Source of the DNA: Octopus bimaculoides
Lineage: Eukaryota
Direction of reading: 5' to 3'
DNA: 43,408 bases
NCBI RefSeq assembly: GCF_001194135.2
Contig: NC_068984.1
Location: 63,229,869-63,273,276 of the forward strand
Positions 12,073-24,780 of the stretch are shown here, in pieces (positions within the stretch are counted from its first letter, which is position 1; the number at the start of each line of letters is the position of its first letter). The position numbers and the translations under genes were made by a program. The notes beneath the pieces were generated by a model, which was not told the origin of the DNA, searched no databases, and was given only the letters and a program-made list of their open reading frames with translations.

Positions 12073-12967
12073 CACGCAGTCCGATCAATAAGTATCCGAA
12101 CTGCTGGCATAGCAACAAAGCTAAAGCACGCAGAGTGAAGCTGCTTGACACATTGACAATTAACTCTGCTGCGCAAGCGCACTAGGTTTTAACGTTCTAC
12201 CTCACTTCCCTTGTTTACAGCAGTGCTTGGAAGGAAGGTAAGTAGCGTGTAATCGTCGCATTGACCATGACAGAGAACGCTGAGCAGGAAATCTGCATCA
12301 AATTTTGCCAAAAGCTTGGCAATAAACTGCTCAGAGACCTACGATAAGTTTCCAAAAAAGTTTTCATCGTTCTCGACACAATCAAGGAGATCTTGTGCAA
12401 CTGAAACCCTAGTGTCCTTTTGGTCAGCTGAAAGCAATTTTGACACAAACTCGGTTGACACGCGTCTCATACCCAAATCATCAGTGATAATGTACTGAAC
12501 GGAACCGTAACTAATCTACACATCCTCTGAAAACTCACGAATGGTGATTCGACGACTTCTCACAGCTGCATGCGCATCTGCGATGTTTTCCCAGTTGTGC
12601 TGTCTGCGGGTCTCTGTAAACGTTCAACAATATAGACATTTTCAGACCATCTTGGAAACGTTTGAATCACCCGTACATTTATGTGCAACTCATAAGCTCC
12701 TCTCCATACACTTTCTGCAAATTTTTGTAGGCTTCTGAGCAGGTATCGCCAGACAACGTTCTCTGTCATGGTCAATGCGATGATCACACGCTATGCACCT
12801 TCCTTACAAGCACTGCTGTAAAAAGCGAAAGGGAGCTAGAACGTTAAAATTTAGTGCGCATGCACAGCAGCGTTCTCGGTCAATATTTGGCAAGCGACTT
12901 CACTCTGCATGTTTTAGCTTCGTTACTATGGCAAATGTCTGGATACTTAATGATCAAAACTCGTGTG
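12073..12967. mobile_element. Mariner-derived foldback non-autonomous element made of two 5' ends in inverted orientation
   Basis: Left arm (+) 12073-12360: TIR-like ...GATCAATAAGTATCC, then MTENAEQEICIKFCQKLG. Right arm (-) 12967-12352: same 5' region, then LQKVYGEELMS...FKRFQDG...RRITIREFSED...LGMRRVSTEFVSKLLSADQKDTRVSVAQDLLDCVENDENF. TA dinucleotides at both ends. Confidence 0.88.
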
Positions 12968-12975
12968 TATATATA

Positions 12976-13990
12976 TTAGCAGAGACACCCGACGTTGCTT
13001 GGGATTAAAATGACCTAGTTTGTATATAATATATTACAGTTATGTTGAAACAGGTGATATGAGAAAGTGCAGCATTGACAATAAAACATTTGTGGAGTAA
13101 ATGATGGGCTAATTCGACTAAGCAACATGCTATGCGTCCGTTTGGAGTATTTCAAGCCCTAAACTGTGGGGGCTATATGATTTTTGAACTCACCGAGCTG
13201 TCAGTGGATATACTCTCTTTTCAAGCAGTCGGTGCTGTGTCTAACACGACCCATCCTCTGAAATGTTGACACCTCCTTCGGGTTTGTTGTCCTACATCAC
13301 TCATAAAGTAAACTTGGAGGAACTGTGGTTTTCATTTGTGAGTAACAGGGAACCAATGAGGTGATATACTTGCCCTTGAACTTTGACATCGTCGTAAATT
13401 CATGCTTATCTATCTTCTTAGATGCATCAAACGATGTCATTTGCAGAGTTGTCTGGTATTGTTCAGAAAATCCTTTGACTGACTAGAAATGCCTTCTAGA
13501 AGATCCATAAGAGGTTGAGAAGGAGCTGGTAGTGCTGGCAATGTTACCTGACCGCCTGAGTAGCACATACCATTTGTTCCATTTGAAAATTTTAAAGCTC
13601 TACAGAAAAGATAATTTGTGTTTGGCACTCCAATTTAGACAGAGCTATTATTTCTATAAGAATGGGATGGATCATATCTGAAAACAGCTTCAGAAGCTGT
13701 GAAGAACGAATTTGTACGTAGTCTGTTTCTGAGAGCTATTCTATTGGACCTCTGTCTAATCATTAAAACATTGATTTAACGATCCAGCATTAAGTGCTGC
13801 AACATGCATTTGCTGATGTTGAGAAACTCTCATCTAGCTTCTCTCTTCAGACTCTCACCTTTGGTTTTCTACAATCCTCCTTGCTTTATACTTGTTTCTG
13901 GAGAGATTACGTCCTTTCTTTGGTGGAATATTTTTCCCGATATTGTAAACAAAGAATATGAACATAGAAAGAAATTATACATGAATCCCT
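12976..13990 (-). mobile_element. Internally deleted Helitron: RepHel N-terminal remnant plus 3' terminus
   Basis: The minus strand reads PPKKGRNLSRN...FRYDPSHSY...FCRALKFSNGTNGMCYSGGQVTLPALP...FLNNTRQ...MTSFDAS...KVQGQVYHLIGSLL...PQFLQVYFM, with stops and frameshifts. The 3' end has hairpin CCCAAGCAACGTCGGG (13003-12988) and CTAA|T at 12976. Confidence 0.88.
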
Positions 13991-14394
13991 ATTTTTGTAA
14001 GCAGTTGTATCCGTAAAACTTTTATTTGAAGAAAGCAGAAATTGAGAGAAGAGAAAGCGAAAAGAACAGAGAAAGAAAGTGAAAGATGCATGTACGTCTA
14101 TATAAAATGGACGTGTGTGCGTGCTTTCGCGTGTGTATGTGAGAGAGATAGAGTGAGTGGAGGTGTGTGTTGTGATGACTGATGTCTTTTAAGGTACACA
14201 CACATATAGAAAATGTGACGTCATCGTATAAAATTTTTACGATAGTTGATTTATGGATAAGATTATTTAAAATGCAAATATGTGAATGGAGTTTAAGTTT
14301 AATTTGTAGCCAAAATAGTACTGAATCTTTTGATACCCCATACGTCAAAATCTGTAACTCGGTTCTGAAAAGCATAAGGAATATATAATATCAA

Positions 14395-14475
14395 TGAGGC
14401 AGACCTCTACATGGTAGCTAGACCTGGTAGAAATAGCAGCCAAATCTCCTTCAAAACAACCTACTGTCTTAATCC
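14395..14475 (-). mobile_element. Interspersed repeat family C fragment (SINE-like)
   Basis: Motif TTGAAGGAGATTTGGCTGCTATTTCTA...CATGTAGAGG is shared with 24781-24985, 30120-30320, 35330-35515 and 36280-36350. Confidence 0.65.
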
Positions 14476-14689
14476 GACAATTCTTCCTATTATGTAGTTT
14501 GAATGAGAAACTGTAACTAAATATTAAGATTATTAACCCCACAGAGAGAGGAAAGAATAGAGACAGTATAGCAACGGTTTGGCTGACAGTTTTGTTGGTA
14601 GTGAAATGGTATGTACCGGCTGTGTGAGCAACTGGTTGTCTTAATGGCGTAACAAACAGGAGGTTAAAGATTACAAAAATAGCGATTCT

Positions 14690-14797
14690 CACTTTGAAAT
14701 AACGATTTTGAAAATCTTTTTAGACTACGGGACGCTCCGCTCTCTCATGTATCCATTTTTAAAATTTCAGCGCGATCGGATGAGCAATACTCGAGTT
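14690..14797 (-). mobile_element. Probable Helitron-type 5' subterminal region running into the gap
   Basis: AAAATTTCAGCGCGATCGGATGAGC resembles motifs I recall near the 5' ends of invertebrate non-autonomous Helitrons. It may be the far end of the element at 12976. Confidence 0.35.
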
Positions 14798-15054
14798 NNN
14801 NNNNNNNNNNNNNNNNNNNNNNNNNNNNNNNNNNNNNNNNNNNNNNNNNNNNNNNNNNNNNNNNNNNNNNNNNNNNNNNNNNNNNNNNNNNNNNNNNNNN
14901 NNNNNNNNNNNNNNNNNNNNNNNNNNNNNNNNNNNNNNNNNNNNNNNNNNNNNNNNNNNNNNNNNNNNNNNNNNNNNNNNNNNNNNNNNNNNNNNNNNNN
15001 NNNNNNNNNNNNNGTGGCAGTCGTAGTAAAGAGGATGATGTTACTACATTTTAG

Positions 15055-15196
15055 CTTCAAGAAGACATGTTTTACAGTTGGCTACCGACACATGGGCTGT
15101 GTCTGTATACTGTGAGCATGGGAGTTCATCGCTCTCTTTCTAGCCTTAGCGATACCTGCAGACGAATTGTTTCTGGGTTACTTCTCTTCCTCGATG
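15055..15196 (+). CDS. Candidate internal exon of an unidentified gene
   Basis: Higher-GC segment with acceptor TACATTTTAG|C and donor ATG|GTATGC; open frame LQEDMFYSWLPTHGLCLYTVSMGVHRSLSSLSDTCRRIVSGLLLFLD. No homology recognised. Confidence 0.2.
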
Positions 15197-15228
15197 GTAT
15201 GCTTTATGCTCACAGTATATACATACAC

Positions 15229-15270
<42 letters not shown>

Positions 15271-16689
15271 ATCTATGTATGAAGTGTTTTAACCGTAGCA
15301 ACTTCAGAGGAAGTGATGTTGTTAATGCAGCTGTCGTCAAACTATTAATTGCTGAATGAATACTTCTGTTTGACAATTATCCTAGTCATCTGCAAAACTG
15401 TTTGACGCAGAACTCCTGAGAAATATCCGGGTTTAAGTATAATTTTCATGAGCAAATATCTCTTATCAATGTCAAGAAAATCTATGTTTTCATATCAACT
15501 TTTATTTATTGTCATCCCTATCTGAAATTATAGAAATATTTGAATGGAAAAATCCATTAATGGACTAATATTTTCTTCATAAGTACCATAAAAATTAATT
15601 CCTTTATAACCCAAAGGAAAATTATATATATATATNNNNNNNNNNTACGTACATACATACACACACATGTACATGTGTGTGTATATATGTGTGTGTTATG
15701 TATATGGTAATATATTCATATATATATGCATATATACATCTATATTTACATACACATAAGCATATATGTATAGATATGTATATCTATATATATGTTCTTA
15801 TATGTACTTATATGTATATATGAATATATATATACATGAACACCCACACGCTCTTATATATGTATATATTAACAATTTTGTTTACGATCAAAAATTGTTA
15901 TAAATATATTATAATGCATTATTTTAAAGTTTGTACACAAGTTCTTGAACCCAAATATTAATTATTGGGTTTTATTTTTATAACATATGAAACATAATGA
16001 TTTACCATTTTATAGAAAAAAAATTTGGGGAAAACCTGATGAATGTAACTGACGCAACCCTAAGTTCAAACCGTCTTACTAAGTTTATATAAACCATTGA
16101 AAGGCAAGATTCAGAAGCTATTGTCTGATTAAAAAGTTTTTCGTTGATATGTTGTGTTAAAAATACAATATATATATGGGTGTTAGGTGAACATCTTTGC
16201 ACATGCACAAGAGCAACAAATGCGTTTCTCTCCATTCAGGGTTTGTTAATGGTATGCACCTGTTTATCAATTGTGAAAATGAATTTTATATTTCAAATTA
16301 TAGGAATAACTCAGCAATGTACATACACATTTAGTAACAACTGAAAAAGTATTTACAAATATTTTAAATTGTAAAACCTGAAAAATAATTATAGATTTTA
16401 TCTGAGTTCCTCAGTCTTGAAATAACATTTGAAAGGCATTGATTAAGTTGATATGAATATAGATACATGTACATATGTACTGAATCATACCACAATGCTG
16501 TTAAAAAAAATCAAAAATCTAATTTTATGCTATAAGGTTTTTTTAATTCCATTTATTCAACTTAGCATATTTAACTAACGATAGCAGTAGAAGTAGGAAT
16601 ACTTTAAAAACGTTGCTTGACTCACAAGAAATAACAGTCAAAACCTCTTAAATTATCTTTTATATTTTTATTTTTAATTTGCTTCAGTT

Positions 16690-16940
16690 ATTACCAATCT
16701 CTTACGCTGAACCACTACATTGCAGGAATATAGACGTACCAACACCGGTTGTAAAGAATTGGTAGACATGCACACACTCATATATATACAAATTTCTTTC
16801 GATTTCCATCTACCAAATCCACTTTGAAGGATTTGGTCGGCTTGAGGCTATAGTAGAAGTCATTTTCCCAAGGCGTTATGCAGGGGGACTGAACCCAGAC
16901 CCATGTGATTGGGAAGCAATCTTCTTAGCCACACCTACAC
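16690..16940 (-). mobile_element. tRNA-derived SINE, family B (decayed)
   Basis: The minus strand reads GGTGTGGCTAAGAAGATTGCTTCCCAATCACATGGGTCTGGGTTCAGTCCC...CCTTGGGAAAATGACTTCTACTATAGCC...GTGGTTCAGC. Confidence 0.7.
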
Positions 16941-18242
16941 CTATAATTTCTCCACTCATCTTTAAAGAAGGCCTTCATATTATAAAGTATTAAGTATGAT
17001 ATACTGAATACTGCCCGCGTAAGTATATCACTGGAATGACTGGAATGATCATATTGTTAAAATATTGTTAATTACAGGGCCCACCAACGGTTAATGAATA
17101 ACAGCATAGAAATTAAATAGTAAATTCGTAATATTTTAATATAGCTTTTAATCTTGTCTCCTTTTGACAGAGTAATCTCATCTGTCATATATTATTTTAC
17201 CGATGTCAGCCACTAATATGCAACCATGCTGAAGCACCATTTTCAAGCATTAGTACACAGTAATTGATCAAAACATTCTGATTAGTATTTATTTTATCGA
17301 TCTTTTTGATTGAATTTTTCAGTTACAACACATCATTCTAATTTTCCTCTATACACATAGAAACAACAAAGCAAACGTTTAAATAAGGGATAAACAAATG
17401 AGAAACAAATTACAGAACAGAAAAGCAAAATGAAATTCCAAATTTGCTGAAGAAAAGATATGAATCCCTGGCCAATATCTGGAAAACAGAGAAAATTAAC
17501 CTATATAGAAAATCTAGCACTGACTTAAATTTTATGAGCTGAATAAATCAAAAAAAGAATGTTTGATGCTAGTTATATAAAATTTAGAAACATAACACGC
17601 TGAAATGTCTATATTATACCAGTACTACAAAGGAATATTTGGCCACATAACATCTGGCTGGCCATTCCTCACGGGGCAGAATATATCCACACACATAACT
17701 GTGTAGGTAGCAGTAGTCCTTGGACAATACCGACATGCTAATAGGAAAATGAAGGATGATATATAAAAATGAACCAAAACGGAAGTATGACAACGAGCTA
17801 ACTTTAGCAGTCTGAAACAAGTCTGTCAAACTGATATGGAGATGAAAGTAACCTGACTCTCAGAAGACATTCTATGCAAGGCACTTTCAATATTACAACG
17901 AGAATACATTCTATGTAATAATCTCCTAGTACAGTAGTATATCTCTCTGATGCACCATACAATTCCACACAAACATTAAGCAATGAAATAACCACCAAGC
18001 TTAAAATCATTTCACCAAGAAATAATAACAACTCAATAACATCAGAAACAACTAAAAGAACGTCGCAATATATGAAATTAGATCTAACTGATAAAGATGA
18101 CTCTACTTTTTCAAGGACAATACTGTGCATGTCAGCCAGTCTGAAGATGCACCTTGTAGTGCAGTAACTAAGAAATCTATTGAAATTATACTATTGCTTT
18201 TCCTACTACTACTACAACTTATATTACTACTACTACTGCTAA

Positions 18243-18424
18243 TAATTTCAAATTTTGGTACGAGGCCAGCAATTTCGGGGAAGGGGTATGTCGATTACAT
18301 CGATCCCAATACTCAAGTAGTAGTTATTTTATCGACCCAAAAAGGATGAAAGGAAAAGTCGACCTGAGAAGAAATTCCGCTAAGCATTTTGTCCGGTGTG
18401 CAAACAATTATTCTACCAGCTCGC
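18243..18424 (-). mobile_element. tRNA-derived SINE, family A (with internal deletion)
   Basis: The minus strand reads GCGAGCTGGTAGAATAATTG...CAGGTCGACTTTTCCTTTCATCCTTTTTGGGTCGATAAAATAAC...TTTGAAATTATT. Confidence 0.75.
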
Positions 18425-18453
18425 GGCAGAATGCGTACGCAGCAGAATGTGTG

Positions 18454-19045
18454 CGCGGCAGAATGCACAAAACACAACTTGATTTATGTTTGGTTGTACA
18501 ACAGAACAATTAAACAAAAGATTTAATAGGCAGAGATATGGCGTCAGGCACAATAACAGTAGTTCTACAGAACTTGAACATTTTTCTTCATACGGCTGCG
18601 ATTATGAAAAAGACCTAAAAGCGCATATTCTCAGAAAATATTCTGAATCTACTTCACTTTCACTTCTCAAAATGTATGAAGACAAACATGTTTGTAAGTT
18701 ATTAACATTGCACCCTGGAGGAATGAATAAAATGGCAGGAGAATATCATCAAATTTACACAAAGCTGTTTGATTAAATATTCTTTCTTTTCGCCTGTTAT
18801 AAAATTGAAACTTAAAGACTGATGATGTCATTTCATCAACGTGTGAATGCTGGTTACTCTCGTTCATACTTTAGATTTGAATTTTTATAATTTTGAATTT
18901 TTATAATTTTGAATTTTTATAATTTTGAATTTTTATAATTTTCAATTTTTACAATTTTGAATTTTTATCACTTTCTATTTTGAACTCGACAAAGACAGGC
19001 TTGCTATCGAAATATAGTCCAACCAAATGATGTCGAAATATCGTT
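18454..19045 (+). mobile_element. Penelope-like element 3' fragment: GIY-YIG endonuclease C-terminal half plus pseudo-LTR region
   Basis: Reads AECTKHNLIYV-(frameshift)-GCTTEQLNKRFNRQRYGVR...EHF...DLKAHIL...EDKHVCKLLTLHPGGMNK. This fits the PLE consensus YIGxTxxxLxxRxxxH...HF...DL...RE..I..L.TL.P.GLN. Downstream hammerhead-like remnants at 18985-19045. Confidence 0.8.
18879..18970. repeat. 16-bp minisatellite (GAATTTTTATAATTTT) x ~5.7
   Basis: Direct reading. Confidence 0.9.
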
Positions 19046-19124
19046 AACTAGATAACAAATGGCACTCTTCTTTTTATTTTGACTCTATATCTTCAGGAGG
19101 AGTTACCTCAATCCTTTCTATATT

Positions 19125-19130
19125 AATAAT

Positions 19131-19223
<93 letters not shown>

Positions 19224-19270
19224 CATAACAACAACAACAACAACAACAACAACAATAATAATAATAATAG
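19125..19270. repeat. (AAC)n/(AAT)n microsatellite
   Basis: Direct reading. Confidence 0.95.
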
Positions 19271-19420
19271 TTTCAAATTTGGCACATAGCCAGCAAGTTT
19301 GGGGAGGGAGTAAGCCAATTACATTAACTACAATATTCAACTGATACTTATTTTCCTGAATATCAAAAAGACGAAAGGTAAAGTCATGGCTTCGGCAGAA
19401 CTGGAACTCAGAATGGAAGA
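19270..19420 (-). mobile_element. SINE family A, decayed and 5'-truncated
   Basis: The minus strand reads CTGAGTTCCAGTTCTGCCGAAGCCATGACTTTACCTTTCGTC...ATAAGTATCAG...TTTGAAACTATT followed by an (ATT)n tail. Confidence 0.65.
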
Positions 19421-21119
19421 AATGTCACTAAAAGTTCTAAAAGTGAAACTAACTTTATTGCAATAAAAACAGCTGACTCCCACATGTTAAAAGCTTCTAT
19501 TTCAGAAAAGGTTTGAGTAGCCCATGGCTCTCTCTTTTCTTCTATCACTCCTCTTAGAGGGATATGATATATTCAAAAGAGTGTATTATTATTTTATGCT
19601 GTGAAGCACCTTCTTAAATGTCTGTATTGCATATGTTTGTATTCAATCTCTTCTGCTCAATCTATTTCCAAGAATAAATCATGCTCCAACTTGTAACTTA
19701 TAAGGGAATATTTACTTTTTGAATTCTGTACTGTCCTGCCAAACATCTGTGAAGCAATGGCATTGTTTCCAGATTGAAATTCAGCAACACAGCTTCTGAC
19801 AAGTATACGATTTTATTTGCTGTCTTTTTGTTCAGGTGTCTATTTCCTCCTTTTGATCCTTGCATCTTCTTCATTGGCGGGGAAGTTTTGTTACTCACAC
19901 TGACAAGTTTAGAAACAGAAACAACCCTCATACTAATTGCTACCTTATAAAGATGAAAAAGTGTGCAACAAATACAGAGAATAATCTGTTGTTTAGTTAT
20001 TCACTGCAAACATATTAAAGTAGAATGCAATAAATTCCATACAATAAAAATCTACAAATTCACTATTGAAGTAAAGCATTATAAAACATAAAACAAAACA
20101 CTGCACTATGTACACAAGGCACAGATAGGTGCATACGGCCGTGTCATGAAAGCATTCCATACAAATAAGACTAATGAAACAATAATTTAAAATTCATTGA
20201 CCAGATACGAAATATCAAATATTAAAGGAAACATAATCACAACTTACCCAAAATAATTATTAAAATTCCCATTATGATATTAATTGAATTATGAACGATA
20301 TATATATATATATATATTAACATTTCTCAATTAAACTGAAATCTTAAAAAATATGTTTCAGCTTCAGTTACGTTGGAACATCATCTCTGCATGGTATATT
20401 CATCACCTGTTTAATAATTGTAATTACCAAGTGCTTCTTGTTTAGTAAAGTATTATTAAATATTTATAGCTTAGAAGCATTTTAAGGAGCAAGTTGCTCA
20501 TTCCATTGTAAGATTTCTTCTTTTCTGGTGAACAATTATTAGCTGCAGGTATAATTCATACGAGAGAATCTTGAACAAAACTTTTCTTTCACTGTCGCTA
20601 GAAGTTAATATTACTCAAATAGTTTCAAATTAACTTTCCTTTTCTTAGAAAAGAGTTTATTTCCAGAGTAAAAGATCTTACTTAAGAAATTGCTAATTCT
20701 GAATAAGAACCAAAGTTTGAATATAAGTGCTTGCTAATTTATGAATAAATATTCCTCTAGCAATATTTCATGTGTCTGTAAGTATATTGGAGATTTCATA
20801 GATTACCAGACAAACACTTTTCTATAAACAATAAAAGTATAAATGAATACCTGTGTATTTTTTTTTTTTGCTGACCCCCTCAAACACTACTTCTATAAAC
20901 TTAGTTCACTATAACTTAACCACATTTTTTTCATTTCCAGAATCTTCTAATACTCAGAAACATCATAAAATCCTAATACCGAGCATATACACTCACAATA
21001 TATAAAATATACTGCAATCCTTCTTAGCTGTATCTTTGTATTCTTGTGCTTATAATCCTCATTTTCATTGGGTACTCACCTTATAGATATTATTCAATTT
21101 TTATCATTTATTTATTTCA

Positions 21120-21430
21120 ATTACTGGAACGCGACCATGCTTGGACTTTGAAAGATCTAGTTGAGAAGACCAATCCCAGTACATATATATATTTTTAAAC
21201 ACTGACATTTATTTATCGGTCTCTTTTTGCTGAACCGCTATGATACAGGGACATAAACAAATCAACAATAGCTGAGAAACCATGCAGTGACAAACACAAA
21301 GGCACATACTCAAATATGTGTATATGATGGGCCTTTACATAGTCATGGTTTCTGTCTAACAAATTCACACTCAACACTTTGCTTGGCTTGGAACCTAAAA
21401 CCACATGATTGTAGAGGAAGCACCTCATCC
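21120..21430 (-). mobile_element. SINE family B, decayed
   Basis: The minus strand has GCGGTTCAGCAAAAAGAGACCGATAAATAA and a degenerate head GCATAGCTGTATGG...GGTTTTAGGTTCC. Confidence 0.6.
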
Positions 21431-24400
21431 ATACAGCTATGCTTGTGCATATGTGTCATACTTCATCTTACCCAAGTATTCATCAAACTATTTACTTTGA
21501 GGAAAATTACATTAAATTATTTCCAATGATAAGTGTAAGGAAAACGCACTTGTCATGCTGTTACAGAACCCATCTCGCCTTTCTCTACAGCATTAAGAGG
21601 GGTTCTGTACTGCTGTTATGTTTTCTAGAAATAGAAACTAAATTCAATCATTTCTTATTTCATAAGAAATAACCAAATGCTGTAGTCGTAGGCACACATA
21701 AGAAATATGATTGTCATATTTGAAATGACTATAATAATAGCTCTGGCTGGCCAAAGCTGAATAACAACAATAACAATAACAACAACAGGCAAAGAGAAAA
21801 GACAATGAAGTAACATTTTCACTGTCACTATTAAAACCTGCAAGGAAACCCATTTCAAATCATATCCTATCATATAAGAAACAAAGCAACACATGGCATG
21901 CTGTAGGTATATTGAATCCGAGGGAAACTGAGATCATGGTTGGATGGCCTTTGATAATCAATATGCATGATTTGAGATGAATTAGTGTTGAAAATTGTGA
22001 ATACATTTACAAACTGATACAATTTAACACTGCATCTGAGAACGTGCTGTATGGTTTTCAGTCATGCAGAATCTTAGAATATTAAGAAAAATAGTTTGGT
22101 TAACTACCTGTTCTACACAGATATACTCAGTCAAACTTCTCTGTGTGACACAGGAACGATAATATTATTACAACATTCAAAAGATAACGTCTTCATTATT
22201 TTGCTATTTTGCAGAGACAGTCTTTATCAGAATTTTTTACTTTGTTTTGTTCAGAAATATTTTCTTAAGTTGATAATGTACCGTCTAGAACGCTCATATG
22301 GTTTCGATCTTCTAGATATAGCAACCAATCTTCACATTCATCAGATCACTACTAACCATCTTCCAAAACAAAACAAAAACATGAAGGCATACCGTAGGAT
22401 ATAATCCTAAATACTGAATGCCTGATATAAACGATGTGATGGGAAAAGTTGGAATACATTTGGCCACATATCTGCTCGATTAGGTCTACTAAGAGCTAAA
22501 TGATAATGTGAGCTGCCTTACCTTCACTGATGTAAAAGTATTAGTAGCAAAACTTAAATTCTCGATGTTTTCTTACAAAATGTTTTCAGATTCTTTATTT
22601 AGTTTGTTGTATTAAAAGGAAATAAATGTTCTAAAGAAGATGTAAGCTTCAGTTTCTTTCAAAAATTGAAATGTAATTGTTAAGCGTACTTACTCATAAT
22701 TGAAAATAAAAACACTCATTTTATTTTAGTCATTTATCTATTCTATTAATTTATTTCGCAAAATAGATACCTGTCATGATGATACTACCAAAGACAAAAA
22801 CTAAAAGAAAAATCTAGAAGAATTGTTATGAACATTAGATAAATATTAAATATGGACAATAAGAAAAATAGATGCAAAGCTAGACATATATCACACGTAT
22901 ATGAGACAAGGAGGACAAGAAGAAGTGGAAAAATCAATACATTTTATCACTTGCTGGTATAAGTTCGGAGATGCTACACACAAAGCTGATTGAAATAAAC
23001 ATAGATACACTTAGCGAAGCACAAGAGAATATATATTATAATAATCACAAGTAGAAGTTTTCTTTTTCTTGTTACCATAAAATATTTTAGGCAGATATTT
23101 TTCTTCATATTGCTCACTCAATGAATGAGATAGAAGAAACATTAAAACCTACCAAATTCTAATAGAATTAAATGAGTTAATGGTTACCATGGTAAAAGCT
23201 GTGATATGTGGCTTCAGTTGTAATCCTCATAGGACACTTTGAAAGGCAAGCACGGTGAGATTTTAAAAGAATTATATTAAGATTTAAAGCACAATAGGTA
23301 CACCAGTATTTATAAAATAAATTGATATAGTGATACTATACTAAAAGTGTTCAAAATCTATTCACACAGAGGAAAAAATGCTTCCAATTCACCTGTAAAG
23401 GTAGTGAGTCGCAATAGATCCCATAAAGTTCCATTACTGAAAATTTCTGTTATTGAACATATTCATGGAATTGAAATCAGTAATATCACAATGGCAAGTA
23501 TCCATAATGGGAAGAAGAAATTGAAAGAATTTCTGTCCAAGTTAACAACAAAGAAAGTTTATTTATATATGACAAGTCCGTCATAAAAGTAATAGAAGTA
23601 GAAGATCACCAATATCTTGAACAAAATGCTCTGCCAAATTTATTCTATACAAAGGAAGATTTTCACTGTGCTGACATTACATTTGATAAACCTCCAAATT
23701 GCTAAGCAACTAGCAACCAGAATTTCATGCTATATACGACAAGTTACGGCAAACACAATCATTTTCAAAAAGATACCAGTCATACATAGCTCATCAATTC
23801 TCAGTGTTATACCCACACACAAAACACACACACACGCACATGCACACACACATACATATACACACACACATATATACACATATACTTTACAAGAACTTGC
23901 GTTATATCCACCTTATAAAATATAATATTGCACTGGATCCAGCAATTTTTTGCTTGAACAAGCTCTTCTATATGCTGACTGTAAATTCTACGTTTTTGAT
24001 ACAAGGGTTCCTGCATTCATTCGTATTCATAAACACGCCTTTAGGTGGAATTCTTGTTTGTTACATTTGTTGTTTTGTATAGCAGAGTTATAATCGAAGG
24101 CTTTCCATTTATATTCATCCTGTACTTCACTCATTTACTGTGCATTTAGAATTACATTCACCAATGTATCTCACTGTATTTAAAGGAGTTTTCATAGCTA
24201 AATTTAGTACATAAAGCGATTCATTAGCAGTTTTCTCATTGGCTCAGTGCTTCTAGGTTGTGAAAGAATGTTGACAAAAGAACCTGTATTTTTTTTTCTT
24301 AGGACATTGAAAGCACATCATCTTCAAACTTCGATTTTTATGGTACAGTTTCTATGTATTAGAAAAAGACAAAACATAAGTCCCATAAATCATCAGGCAA

Positions 24401-24780
24401 TTTTGTTAAAATCGCAGCCAGATTACTCTCAAATGGCACTCTACTACCTTACAAATGAAGGAAACCCACAGAAAACATACATACACACATATATTTATAT
24501 ATACATACATATATATGCATATATGTGTGTGTGCTTGCGTGTGTCTGTGTCTGTGCAAATATATTTATATTTCTTGGTCATATATATATATATATATATA
24601 NNNNNNNNNNATATATATATATATATATCCAGTTATATACTGTATATTCACATAAATCACTGTGCTTCTACTGATTTTGCAGGTAGTCCACAATACTTAT
24701 GAGAATTATGAAACTTAAGTGCTTGTTTGCATATGGATGAACGTTTATATCTGTTGTTGTTGTTGTTGTTGTTGTTGTTG

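Noticed and set aside
17922-18170. Ser/Thr-rich open frame overlapping a 108-aa antisense ORF (mucin-like stalk?)
   Set aside because: No good splice sites, many stops just upstream in the same frame, and a length expected by chance in a window this size
9960-23760. Hydrophobic minus-strand exon candidates (e.g. 9960-10027, 16003-16125, 19700-19945, 21670-21830, 23400-23560) suggesting a membrane protein
   Set aside because: T-rich strands translate to hydrophobic peptides by composition alone. No family motif was recognised and the phases and donors do not chain convincingly.
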